Shown: piece after piece, positions 9,473 to 19,292 of the stretch | Numbering within the stretch: the stretch's first letter is position 1 | Layout: each line of letters starts with the position of its first letter | NCBI GenBank assembly: GCA_036488585.1 | Contig: DASXHH010000007.1 | Location: 1 to 57,874, forward strand | Direction: 5' to 3' | DNA length: 57,874 bases | Source of the DNA: Candidatus Saccharimonadia bacterium | Lineage (GTDB): Bacteria; Patescibacteriota; Saccharimonadia; UBA4664 | Notes under the pieces: generated by a model | The model's input: only the letters and a program-made list of their open reading frames with translations | Database searches by the model: none | What the model was told of the DNA's origin: nothing | Program-made: the position numbers and the translations under genes

Positions 9473-10972
9473 ATGAAGTGGCTAACCAAATCCGACTACC
9501 TTAAATATCTCGTCCACCCAGACTACCTCTGGCTAGCCAAGCATGATAAAGATAAGCTCCCACAGCACTCAGAGAACGACCAGGCCAGATTCGCAGCAGG
9601 GGATGAAGTCGAGTCCTACGCACGCCAGCTCTTCCCGGAGACTATCCTCATCGAACCTCCCAACTTTTTCGATGGCCCCGACGTAACAGCTGCAGCCATG
9701 AAACAGCCGGCAATCACGTCGCTATTCCAAGCGAGCGTCCTCACCGACAACAAGCTCTACGCCGCCGCCGACGTTATCGTCCGCACCCCAGACGGCTGGG
9801 ACCTATATGAAATTAAATCCGGCACCAAAGTCGCAGATAGCCATCTGCACGACCTGGCCTTTCAGTACCTGGTCTTTGCCAAAGCCGGCCATAAAGTCAG
9901 CCGCTGCTTCGTTATGCATATCAATCCCCACTACACCCGCCATGGTGATATTGAACCAAGCCAACTCTTCATGACCGAAGAGGTTACCGACAAAGTTCTG
10001 CCCCTGCTCAAACAAACCGCCAAGAACATTGTCGAAGCCCGCAAAGTCATAGACAGCCCAAACTGCCCCAAGTACGATTTCGATCTCTGCGGCAATCTGT
10101 ACGCCTGGCGTGATATCTATCGCCATCTCCATCCGGACTTGCCCTCTTCCACTCTGCTTAATCTCACCCGCCTCAAGCTCGAACAACTTCTTGAACTCCA
10201 AGGCCTAGGCATCACAGCCATTGCTGAAATCCCTCAGGACTTCAATCTTGGGCCTGAGCAATTGTCCCAAGTTGAAGTCACACGCTCTGGAGCTGCCCGT
10301 CTCCACCCAGACAAGATCACTCACGAACTAGCAAAGCTCGAGTACCCACTCTACTTCCTGGATTACGAAACCTTCTCCAGTGCCATCCCTATGTGGGACG
10401 GCGTCCGCCCGTACCAACAATTGCCCTTCCAATACAGCCTCCATGCCATCCCGTTCCAGGGCGCCAAACTCACCCATTACGAACATCTAGCCCAAGGTAC
10501 CGAGTATCCTGCAGAAAAGCTCCTGGATCACTTGACTAAAGACCTCGGCCCCGAAGGCAGCGTCATCGTCTGGAACAAGAGTTTCGAAATGGGGTGTAAC
10601 GATGCTATGGCCGCCCTCCACCCTAAATACAAAGACTTCCTGGAAGGCGTTAACGCTCGCGTTTATGACCTTATGGAAATATTTGCCAACGGTTACTATG
10701 CTCATCCCGAGTTCATGGGATCAGCCTCGATCAAGAAGGTCCTGCCTGTTCTTGTTCCAGAATTAAGCTATAAAGACTTGGCGATAGGGGAAGGCATGAC
10801 CGCTCAAGTCCAATGGATGAAAGCGGCCCGCGGCATCATGTCTGAGGAAGAAGCCGAGCGCCTGTATGCGCACCTGATCACCTATTGCGGCCAGGACACG
10901 CTAGCCATGGTCAGAATCTTCGAGGTTCTGCAGGCAGTTACATCAGAGACTGCCCCCGCTGCCCAAGCATAA
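9473..10972 (+). CDS. DUF2779 domain protein (N-terminal PD-(D/E)xK-like, C-terminal RNase H-like exonuclease fold)
   Basis: YFLDYETFSSAIPMWDGVRPYQQLPFQYSLH is the DUF2779 hallmark. The N-terminal AADVIVRTPDGWDLYEIKSGTK fits D...E-x-K. Confidence 0.75.
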   Translation: MKWLTKSDYLKYLVHPDYLWLAKHDKDKLPQHSENDQARFAAGDEVESYARQLFPETILIEPPNFFDGPDVTAAAMKQPAITSLFQASVLTDNKLYAAADVIVRTPDGWDLYEIKSGTKVADSHLHDLAFQYLVFAKAGHKVSRCFVMHINPHYTRHGDIEPSQLFMTEEVTDKVLPLLKQTAKNIVEARKVIDSPNCPKYDFDLCGNLYAWRDIYRHLHPDLPSSTLLNLTRLKLEQLLELQGLGITAIAEIPQDFNLGPEQLSQVEVTRSGAARLHPDKITHELAKLEYPLYFLDYETFSSAIPMWDGVRPYQQLPFQYSLHAIPFQGAKLTHYEHLAQGTEYPAEKLLDHLTKDLGPEGSVIVWNKSFEMGCNDAMAALHPKYKDFLEGVNARVYDLMEIFANGYYAHPEFMGSASIKKVLPVLVPELSYKDLAIGEGMTAQVQWMKAARGIMSEEEAERLYAHLITYCGQDTLAMVRIFEVLQAVTSETAPAAQA

Positions 10973-11021
10973 GTACAAACTGGCAACAACCCAGTCTGTC
11001 ACCAAGGTCTACCGAGTGGCG

Positions 11022-11052
11022 AGGGACCGTAATCTTTACGATTACGGTCCCT
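11022..11052. terminator. strong bidirectional hairpin between convergent genes
   Basis: Perfect 13-bp stem AGGGACCGTAATC (11022-11034) / GATTACGGTCCCT (11040-11052) with loop TTTAC, followed by TCGTTT. Confidence 0.7.
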
Positions 11053-11056
11053 TCGT

Positions 11057-11557
11057 TTACCAACTCACCCGAACTATGACCGGGTCTCCTCCGGGGAATA
11101 CGATTTTTCCGCCGGAATGATCACTGCCTGCCGGGGGCTCAACATCATCCTCTGCCGGGACGATGCGAGCATTGAGACCCCGGGCCCTATATTCCTCTGC
11201 TAGATATACAGCAGATGTTGTGGCTGAGATAAACTCGCCATGATCATACACACTACCGCCGTGATAACCCGGCGCCCTGACCTCGATGGGGTTAACCCAG
11301 TGGTCATAGTAACCCTTGGGGCCACTCTCGAGAATGTAGCGGCCATGGCCATCGGCCTCCTGTCTGGCCCATTCCCGGCGTCTGTCTTGCTCTTCTTGGA
11401 GGTACCCTTCGGCCCGAGCCTTGGCTGCGGCCCTGTCTGCCCTCCTCTCTCCGAAGCTGCGACTTCTGGGCGGCTGGGACTGGTACGCGACTGGTGGTGG
11501 CGGTGATGGTGGCTTCATGGCCCGAAGCTCTTCGGGTGTTGGAAAATCGCTCGACAT
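11057..11557 (-). CDS. hypothetical protein with Pro-rich N-terminus
   Basis: 166-aa ORF with TAGGAGG 4 nt upstream of the ATG. No family recognised. Confidence 0.5.
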   Translation of the reverse strand: MSSDFPTPEELRAMKPPSPPPPVAYQSQPPRSRSFGERRADRAAAKARAEGYLQEEQDRRREWARQEADGHGRYILESGPKGYYDHWVNPIEVRAPGYHGGSVYDHGEFISATTSAVYLAEEYRARGLNARIVPAEDDVEPPAGSDHSGGKIVFPGGDPVIVRVSW

Positions 11558-11867
11558 ATCGCCTCCTAAATAGACTCGCCGAGTAAGGCGATTATGTCCT
11601 TAGGTCATAACCCCGTCAACATTCTTAGTCGCCCATGGGTACCATTCCGTGCCCTCAATCTTTCGCACCGTATCAAGCACAAACTTAGGGCAAATTTGTT
11701 CACCCCTTAAATCGACTGAGATACCCCAGGGTGGCTTGCCCGGTCAAGTGATGGGTTAAGAATCAATTCGAGATTCTGCTGGTACTGCTCGTTACTGGGA
11801 TCCAGCTGAAGTGCTTTGTTGATGTCCGCCAATGCCTGGGCGTGGGTACAGGTTTTCACTTTTACTA

Positions 11868-14582
11868 TCACGCTCCATGAACCTCACGTGTCTTCTCACC
11901 CTCAGGCTCCCGCTTAGCCGGACTTTGAATAGTCGTGCTCTGATATACCTGAAATAGCTTTTTCATGTCTTTCTCCACCTCGGCCTTAGCCTTGCCATAC
12001 TGCTTTCGACTCAGCTCCATCACGTAGTCTCTGGTCTCAGCCGAGCGCTTAGCCCGAAGTGGCACTGTTTGTCCGGAAAACGCGTCCTCACTCTCATCAG
12101 CCGTGGTCTTCATAAAGAAGTTATAGGGGCTCAGGTTCACAATATCTCCCTTCTGTACCGCTGGCTCCATGTACGGCAAGATAAAGCCCTCGTCTTCCGG
12201 GCTCGCCTTCAAGCAGATTATGGTATGTGAGTTGCCGGCTACAATCTTTAAGATTGCCTTATCCTCAACCTGGGCAATGTTCTGATGCGAAGCTATTACT
12301 GAAACATGGAACTTCCGGCCCTCACTGGTGATATCGGTAAATTGCCTGGTGGCAAAGTTCTGAAACTCGTCCACGTACAAAAAGAAGTCCCGGCGCTCCT
12401 TTTCCGGAATCTTCGTCCGTTGATAAGCCGCCATCCAAACAAGCGATGTCAGGATCGTCCCGAAGAAATAGCTTTGGTCTTTACCAATGTCGCCCTTACT
12501 GAGGTTCACCAGCAGAATCTTACCCTCGTTCATAATCTCTGCCACCCGTAGGGTGCTCTTTTCCTGTAGCAGTATGTGCCGAGACATTTTGGTGGTTATA
12601 AAGTGCCCCAGCCGGTGGGTGAGTGGGGCAGTGGCATTAGACAACTGCATGCTGCCCATTAGCTTAAACTCCTTCTCCCAAAACTGCCTGAGCACTGGGT
12701 CTTTGAGAGTTCCAGCCACTTCTTGCTGGTACTTCTTATCCGTCAGTAGCCGCTGAATGGTATATAGGCTCGGCTTGGGTAGGTGTAGGGCGGTCAGCGT
12801 GGCATTACGTAAAATATGCTCCATGCGTGGACCCCACTGTTTCTCATCAGCCAACCGCTCGAACACCGACAATACTATGCTCGTTATCCAGTCACGCCTG
12901 TCATCCTCGTCCGTAAACTCTACGCCCGGATCGAGTAAGTTGAGCCCCAGTGGGTATTCCCGGTCTGATGGGTCAAACACAATCACGTCTTGCTTGCGAT
13001 GCTCCGGCACTACCTCGAGTAGCTCCCTAAACATATCGCCGTGCGGATCCAGTACCGCCAGGCCCTTGCCGTTGACCATATCTTGGTAGATCGAGCTCGC
13101 AAGTAGGGTGGTTTTGCCGGTCCCGGTCTTGCCAATCACGTAGGTATGTTTCTGGCGCTGCGCTACAGTTAGTCCAATCGGCTGCTCCTCGCCACCATGC
13201 TTATTTACGCCCACTATCACATCCAACTTGGCCTCCGTGTGCTTAATCGACAGCGGGGCCGGCAGTTCCTGGGTTCGGCTCTTCACCAAGCCCTCGGTCT
13301 TGGTCAGATCAGTATTAGGGAAATGGTACAGATCGGATAGCTCTGAACTACTTAAAATCGTTTGCTGGCTGAAGTGGTGGGTGGAAAGCCTCCGGGCCTT
13401 AAAATCAGTCAAGTGCCGATTGCCGGGTGCAAGTAGGGGAACATCCTGGCGTATACCAAATCGCTGGTAAGACGACCTGAAAGGTTCAAATGCCCCAAAT
13501 AAGCCCCGGATCCTATCATTAATCACGTCCCTGTCTGGGGATGCCACCAGTAGTCGGATGGTTACCTCAAACAGCGGCTGGTCCAGCTTGCTCTTAATCA
13601 TCTTCCCCAGTTCCTCCTCATACGGGTTGGTGGGGGAGTGGGTATCGACCCGGGTCTTCATATAATCCGGCAAGTCATGATCCTGTGAGAACATGCTGTA
13701 TAAAATCTCTCCCACCCCGGCTACCAGCCGGACCATCGCCGCCACGAACCACAGCGGCGGATACCATACGCACCACCATGCCCATCCAACCGGCGTACGC
13801 TGTCTTATAAGCTGGTCCGATGCCGCCTTGTTCAAGGCAATGGTCTCTCGGAGCTTCGCAGTGTGCCTCGTCACCCGGTGGTGCGTCATCCCAAACACCG
13901 GCACGGCCACCACCTGTAACGAGGCCAGTTCATCTGGTGCCAGTTTCGTCATCTGCCCGGTCAGGTAGGCGATAGGGTCATGCTCGGCCAGGGCTTTGTG
14001 GTCTTGCAGCGGTAGTACAAAGTCCTGGGCCAGCCTCAGCTCCAGCACTCCAATAGCTGTCTTGGACAATGCGCTCATATAATCTTCCACCCGCTTCACC
14101 TTTATACCCGGTAGGTACGACAACAAGTTGCGGCTGACAAATTCCACCGCCTCTTCCGGAACCATTAGTACATAGCGGATACCTTCGTTGTTGGTCCCGA
14201 CCAGCTCCAGCGAGTACGGCTTCTTACGAGCCACCAGCCGGTTCCATAGTCCTCGGTATCCCACCAGCGTCCGAAGTAATATATGCAGCTGCTCCGTCGC
14301 AAACGCCGATTTAGTGGTATCAGCTGGGAACCGCAATTCCAAAAACACCTGCGGGGATTCCGGCTCGCCCACGCCGAAGGCTCTAAGTATGAAACTCAAA
14401 GAAGCCGGCGTATATAAAATGACCTTGGTAAGTAGCACTGCTAGCACATATACAACCACCATTTCGGCCAGTAAGGCGCCAATAATAATCACCAGCGTCT
14501 CACCCGGCCCCATATGATGAGACACGGTATAGCGGGCCGGGCTATTGATAAGAGTATCTATAAAGTGTCGGATGAGTTGCAT
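11868..14582 (-). CDS. type IV secretion coupling protein-like ATPase (VirD4/TraD/TraG family) with large membrane-anchored N-terminal region
   Basis: Walker A is VIGKTGTGKTT and Walker B is DFFLYVDEFQNFAT, then SEGRKFHVSVIASHQNIAQ (TraD/TraG C-terminal type). TM helices lie near aa 30-75 and 265-290. Confidence 0.75.
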   Translation of the reverse strand: MQLIRHFIDTLINSPARYTVSHHMGPGETLVIIIGALLAEMVVVYVLAVLLTKVILYTPASLSFILRAFGVGEPESPQVFLELRFPADTTKSAFATEQLHILLRTLVGYRGLWNRLVARKKPYSLELVGTNNEGIRYVLMVPEEAVEFVSRNLLSYLPGIKVKRVEDYMSALSKTAIGVLELRLAQDFVLPLQDHKALAEHDPIAYLTGQMTKLAPDELASLQVVAVPVFGMTHHRVTRHTAKLRETIALNKAASDQLIRQRTPVGWAWWCVWYPPLWFVAAMVRLVAGVGEILYSMFSQDHDLPDYMKTRVDTHSPTNPYEEELGKMIKSKLDQPLFEVTIRLLVASPDRDVINDRIRGLFGAFEPFRSSYQRFGIRQDVPLLAPGNRHLTDFKARRLSTHHFSQQTILSSSELSDLYHFPNTDLTKTEGLVKSRTQELPAPLSIKHTEAKLDVIVGVNKHGGEEQPIGLTVAQRQKHTYVIGKTGTGKTTLLASSIYQDMVNGKGLAVLDPHGDMFRELLEVVPEHRKQDVIVFDPSDREYPLGLNLLDPGVEFTDEDDRRDWITSIVLSVFERLADEKQWGPRMEHILRNATLTALHLPKPSLYTIQRLLTDKKYQQEVAGTLKDPVLRQFWEKEFKLMGSMQLSNATAPLTHRLGHFITTKMSRHILLQEKSTLRVAEIMNEGKILLVNLSKGDIGKDQSYFFGTILTSLVWMAAYQRTKIPEKERRDFFLYVDEFQNFATRQFTDITSEGRKFHVSVIASHQNIAQVEDKAILKIVAGNSHTIICLKASPEDEGFILPYMEPAVQKGDIVNLSPYNFFMKTTADESEDAFSGQTVPLRAKRSAETRDYVMELSRKQYGKAKAEVEKDMKKLFQVYQSTTIQSPAKREPEGEKTREVHGA

Positions 14583-14767
14583 TGCATAGGAAGGGTTAGT
14601 TTAACCACCCTCCGATGCAAGCAGCGTACAATCCGTTGCTATCTGTAGCGAAATACTATCATCTGCACCTAGTTAGCGCCAACCCTAGATCTCAGCCCCT
14701 CCCGACAATAATTGAGTGCCTAGCGGCGAGGTCACAATCGAGACGAAATATTTCGAAGCTCGCTGAG

Positions 14768-15625
14768 CTATTTGTCACGCTCCCAAATAGAATCGAGCTG
14801 CCTGGTATCTTCTTCACTTAGCTCAACCTTTCCAGCACCCATATTATCTTCAAGATGGTCAATGCTGGATGTGCCAGGGATCAGTATGATGTTGTCTGCA
14901 TGATGTAATAGCCAACTCAGAGCTATCTGGTGCGTAGTGGCTTTATGAACATTTGCAACACGTTGCAGCACCTCCTCTCCTTTCATCTCCCCGCCGCCAG
15001 TAGGCCGCCAGGGGACAAAGGCGATGTCTTGCTCTTTGCAGTAATCAAGAACTGGTTCCCATTTGCGATAATCAACGCTATATCTGTTCTGTACCGACGC
15101 TACTTTAAAGAACTGCTGTGCCTGTTTGATGTCATCTATCGAGACCTCCGATAACCCAACATGTTTAATTTTGCCGTCTTGCTGAGACTGCTTTAAAAAT
15201 TCAAAGGTGGCCTGCACGGGCACTTTAGGGTCGATCCGGTGCAACTGGTACAAATCAATGCACTCCAGGCGCAAACGCCGTAGGCTACCCTCAAGTGCTT
15301 CGTGTAAATGCTGGGGAGTCGCGTCCTGGTTATAGTCATGCAGTGGCCCAAAGCGTACTAAACCGCCCTTGGTAGCGACCACAAGGCCTGTCGGGTACGG
15401 ATACAGAGCTTCGGCCACTAATTGCTCTGACGTGAATGGACCGTACATATCTGCCGTGTCGATAAAATTTACACCGAGCTCAACTGCTCGCCTCAGCACG
15501 TCGATGGAATCCTGCGGCCTATCCGGCATCCCAAAAGTGTCTTTACCGGTGATGCGCATAGCGCCAAAACCCATACGGTTTACTTCTAGCTCTCCACCTA
15601 TTTTGTACGTGTTAACATCCGGCAT
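14768..15625 (-). CDS. aldo/keto reductase
   Basis: Contains GFGAMRITG, NFIDTADMYGP, GLSEVSIDD and IPGTSSIDHLEDN. The longest ORF starts at TTG 15640. ATG 15625 has GAGGGA 7 nt upstream. Confidence 0.9.
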   Translation of the reverse strand: MPDVNTYKIGGELEVNRMGFGAMRITGKDTFGMPDRPQDSIDVLRRAVELGVNFIDTADMYGPFTSEQLVAEALYPYPTGLVVATKGGLVRFGPLHDYNQDATPQHLHEALEGSLRRLRLECIDLYQLHRIDPKVPVQATFEFLKQSQQDGKIKHVGLSEVSIDDIKQAQQFFKVASVQNRYSVDYRKWEPVLDYCKEQDIAFVPWRPTGGGEMKGEEVLQRVANVHKATTHQIALSWLLHHADNIILIPGTSSIDHLEDNMGAGKVELSEEDTRQLDSIWERDK

Positions 15626-15874
15626 GACGCGTTCCCTCAATTTTCGGTATTTTATGCTTTCAGATGCGCACCTAGCATCGTAAATTTGATCATTTCCCTG
15701 ACCGGGGCTAGCCAGGAATTATTACGCGACTTATGCTTGGCGCACCGTCGACTCACGGCATTTATGGAAATCCTTCACAATACGCCAGCCTGATTTTGGC
15801 ATTCTGACGCAGCCAAATGCTTGGGTCCTGCGTAGAATTCTTTGGTAAGTAATCGCACATAGGGGCTAGCCGGC

Positions 15875-17821
15875 ATGAGCAAGAATCAAGCAGCAGCCAC
15901 AAAGGCCATTAGGACTGCCGTCGTTGCCTTTGCGGGATTTGCCATTGGGCTGTGGGGACTGCAAAACGTCAACGTCGCCATATTCGCAACATTCTCAAGC
16001 TTTGCTCTGCTGGGCCAAGCCGACTTTGGCGGGAGCTTGCGCGCCAGATGCGTTGCCTACCTTGCCGCCACTGCCGCTGGGCTTATATTTGTTGCACTCG
16101 GCACCCTGGCCTCCACCACGCCTATTCTGGTCGAGGCGATCGTAACGTTTGTGGCAGCTGTCGTAATCGTCATGCTGGGTCTGCTCGGTGGCTACTTCGC
16201 CGCGGCAGCCAACGCTATTCCTTTGTTCTACCTGGTAGCTGTGGGCACCCCGGCGACAGCTAGCATGATTCCCAGTCGCCTGGTTGGCGTAGTATTCGGC
16301 GGCATCCTCTCCGCCGTTGCCGCTGTTACTCTGTGGCCCCGCCCCTCCCAGTCCAGCGTCCTGCCGGTGTTGGGCCAAAAGATCCAAAAACTCAACGACC
16401 GACTAACGCATCTACTCGCCGGTGACCCTTCTGACGGCACCACCGAACTGCATAGTAGTGAAGCTCGCCGCTTCATTGACTCACTTGCAGCCCGCCCCGC
16501 CTCGCCCTCCGCCTCGGATCGGGCAGCCGTATACCTCATTACCGACATTGAGCGACTCGGACGCCTCCTAGGGGGCCTTGACCAGGCCGTATTATCAGAT
16601 CATGAGCACAAAATGCTGCAAGCAGCTAGCAAGCAACTCTCATCGGCTAGCCGCCTACTGATTGGCGCGTCGGACTCGGCCGCAGTTCCTGGCTCGCCTC
16701 CCGATTTCGTGGTTGAATTCACCATCGCCGCCCGTCTGTCAGTCGCCGCGCAACAAATCATTGAACACGCCTCCATCGCCATCGGGCGCAACACCCAGGC
16801 CAGCTCCAGACTCCAAGGTATCGACTTGGACGGCTCAGCCCGCGGGGTATGGCGGCATGGCGTACACCGCGTCAGGTCTAACCTGTCACTTCGTTCCGGC
16901 CACTTCCAGGATGGCTTGCGTCTGGGTCTTGCGCTCGCTATCTCCATCGCCATCGCCCGCATATTCCACCTTCAGCATGGATTCTGGGTAGCACTCGCCA
17001 CCCTAACCGTCGTGCGCAGCTCTATCGTCGCCACCGGTCAACGCGTAGTCGAGGTCATAGCCGGAACACTGGCCGGCCTGGCCTTTAGCTTTTTCGTCAT
17101 AGCTATACTGGGTTCAAATCAATTGGGCTACGCCATTCTAACCCCGGTCCTGATAGCCCTCGCCATTTACGCCTCGTCCGCCCTTGGCTTCATCATGGGG
17201 CAAGCCGCTTTTACGGCCACCGTCATCGTCCTATTTAACTTGCTGGCACCGGCTGGCTGGCCTGTCGGCGTAGCCCGTGTTGAAGACGTCCTGGCCGGCT
17301 GCGTTATTGGACTTGTAGTCGGCGCTTTGGCCTGGCCACAGGGCGCCGCGTCAGCCCTGAGACAAACCATGGCAGAACTTATTACCTCTGGTACCCAGTA
17401 CTTGGCCGGCACCATTGAACAGGTCTTTTTGCATCAACCACACTCGGACGAAGTAGCCATCAAGGAGCGCGTCATGAACGACGCGGCCAATGCCGAAGAC
17501 GCCTTCGCCCAATATCTGAGCGAAAAGCCCTCATCCACGGAAATAGAATCCTGGTCCATGTTACTTGCAAGGGCCAACCGCCTTTGGAACGCCGCCGATT
17601 TTATCGGTGCCTACAGTTTTACCAGTGACTCGGATCCCAGCGAAAAAGATCTAGAGAGCTCCCTCTGGCAGCTCGAACATTCCAATGCCAAAGCCGCCCA
17701 ATTGTTAAAAAACGGTGGGCTCGTCCGTCCCAACCGAGACCAGTTCCAGCCACCCGTCGGCGACACGAGCATTATTGGCTGGCTGCACCAGCTATCCACG
17801 CTATTCAAAGAGGGAACCTAA
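15875..17821 (+). CDS. FUSC-family (fusaric-acid-resistance-like) membrane protein
   Basis: 648 aa with two blocks of about 5-6 TM helices separated and followed by soluble helical regions, which is the usual FUSC/aromatic acid exporter layout. Family call is by architecture. Confidence 0.6.
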   Translation: MSKNQAAATKAIRTAVVAFAGFAIGLWGLQNVNVAIFATFSSFALLGQADFGGSLRARCVAYLAATAAGLIFVALGTLASTTPILVEAIVTFVAAVVIVMLGLLGGYFAAAANAIPLFYLVAVGTPATASMIPSRLVGVVFGGILSAVAAVTLWPRPSQSSVLPVLGQKIQKLNDRLTHLLAGDPSDGTTELHSSEARRFIDSLAARPASPSASDRAAVYLITDIERLGRLLGGLDQAVLSDHEHKMLQAASKQLSSASRLLIGASDSAAVPGSPPDFVVEFTIAARLSVAAQQIIEHASIAIGRNTQASSRLQGIDLDGSARGVWRHGVHRVRSNLSLRSGHFQDGLRLGLALAISIAIARIFHLQHGFWVALATLTVVRSSIVATGQRVVEVIAGTLAGLAFSFFVIAILGSNQLGYAILTPVLIALAIYASSALGFIMGQAAFTATVIVLFNLLAPAGWPVGVARVEDVLAGCVIGLVVGALAWPQGAASALRQTMAELITSGTQYLAGTIEQVFLHQPHSDEVAIKERVMNDAANAEDAFAQYLSEKPSSTEIESWSMLLARANRLWNAADFIGAYSFTSDSDPSEKDLESSLWQLEHSNAKAAQLLKNGGLVRPNRDQFQPPVGDTSIIGWLHQLSTLFKEGT

Positions 17822-18059
17822 CCTCGTTTATACAATGAGCTGACTGGACGAAGCCATTTCGCAAGCTGATGAGTGACGACGTAGCCGGTTCTACCCCCCA
17901 GCCATATATAACGGAGGGCGCCATAGGGTACTGACATGTCTCTCTTGGAGGCGCTCACTGCGCTAGGGATCGAGGTATTTTATATCAGTATTGGAAAGGT
18001 AGGGTATATTGATAGCATAAGTACTATCCAGCGCAGCCAAGAAAGGGCCTAAGTCACTC

Positions 18060-19142
18060 ATGAATAGTTTGCTTCCGAGGAGAATTAGGTTAAACAGAGC
18101 AAACGCTGCCATGTTCGCAATAGCAATAGTTGCAATAGGCGTGCTAGTAATATTCTTTACCTATGCTGCCGGGAACTCGGCACTCACGATTTGGCCACAG
18201 TCAGGCGTTATAACCGGAAATGCATCGGTAGTAGCAAACATCTCAGCCATAGGCGGATCTGCCCTTAAATTCGGCGCCAACACTACCACCCCAACCCCAA
18301 CGCCAGCCCCAACACCAACTCCAGCTCCTGGTAGTGCTGGTTGCTGGCAAGGCAGCACACCAACTCCATGCATGAGTGGTGGCGCCAGCGGCACTGGTAC
18401 TAGTGGCTACGGTACACCAGCGTTTGATGACGAATTCAATGGCACCTCGCTCGACACCACCAACTGGATCGCCGGGAGACGAGAGGGCGGCACCTCCGTG
18501 TGTACTATCGACTGCGGCGGATACAACCCGAGCTACGAAAGCGAGTTGTTCGAGCCAAGCGCTGTTACTGAATCGAACGGCGCCCTGAATATAACGGCGA
18601 CTAAGCAGTCGCCTGATGGCGGTAAGCATTCGTGGACCAGCGGGGCCGTCGAAGCAAAACCTGGTAAGAACTACATCTATGGATACTTCGAAGCCCGCGT
18701 AAAAGTTCCAGCCCCCACCCAAGCCTGGACGGCTTACTGGCTGAACGGCGCTGATACGTGGCCGCCTGAACTGGATATTTTTGAATTCCACTTCTATAAG
18801 GGCCAGCCGACCTTCAATAATGACGGTCCGCCTGGTACCCAGGGAGCCAACCTGTCAGGCTGGCCGAATGCTGAGGCCTACGGTGGCACCAGCACAGATT
18901 TCACTCAGTGGCATACGTACGGCTTACTGTGGACCTCCAGCTCACTCAAAGTGTACTTTGATGGGGTATTGCAGAATATTGATACGTCCGACACCGGTAT
19001 ACCAACAACCTCTATGTATCCGCTTTTTGATTATGCAATCGATAGTAGTTCCGCCAATCCCCCCAGCGGCACCCAGATGAACGTCGACTATCTGCGTATC
19101 TGGTGCCCAGGCGGTGGCACGGGCTGCACCACCAGCAAATAG
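18060..19142 (+). CDS. membrane-anchored glycoside hydrolase family 16 (beta-glucanase-like)
   Basis: N-terminal TM, PT linker (TPTPTPAPTPTPAP), FDDEFNG, YGYFEARVKVP and catalytic E-x-D-x-x-E as ELDIFEF. Confidence 0.8.
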   Translation: MNSLLPRRIRLNRANAAMFAIAIVAIGVLVIFFTYAAGNSALTIWPQSGVITGNASVVANISAIGGSALKFGANTTTPTPTPAPTPTPAPGSAGCWQGSTPTPCMSGGASGTGTSGYGTPAFDDEFNGTSLDTTNWIAGRREGGTSVCTIDCGGYNPSYESELFEPSAVTESNGALNITATKQSPDGGKHSWTSGAVEAKPGKNYIYGYFEARVKVPAPTQAWTAYWLNGADTWPPELDIFEFHFYKGQPTFNNDGPPGTQGANLSGWPNAEAYGGTSTDFTQWHTYGLLWTSSSLKVYFDGVLQNIDTSDTGIPTTSMYPLFDYAIDSSSANPPSGTQMNVDYLRIWCPGGGTGCTTSK

Positions 19143-19292
19143 CTGGGTTTAGGGGATTTCTTTGAAGTACTTGTGCTTGTTAAGCCAAGCTTCGCTATAT
19201 ATGCCTGAAGTACGAGATACATGCAACAGTGTACAAAGCATAAGCGTATAGATAATCGTAATGTGCTTATGCTAAGATCTACTCATATCGCT

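Noticed and set aside
15924-17415. Multiple 70-130-aa ORFs in other frames within the FUSC gene, and similar ones inside the uvrA2-like, typA, MFS and GDE-like genes
   Set aside because: They sit entirely within longer ORFs that carry recognisable family motifs. They are typical open alternative frames of GC-rich coding DNA.
18161-18791. Minus-strand ORFs across the PT-linker regions (18161-18394, 18243-18791; also 22511-22705, 26785-27093, 30213-30464, 30398-30592)
   Set aside because: They are shadow ORFs produced by the ACC/CCA/CCG-rich Pro/Thr linker coding repeats. They translate to Gly/Val/Trp/Arg-rich junk and lie inside well-supported genes.
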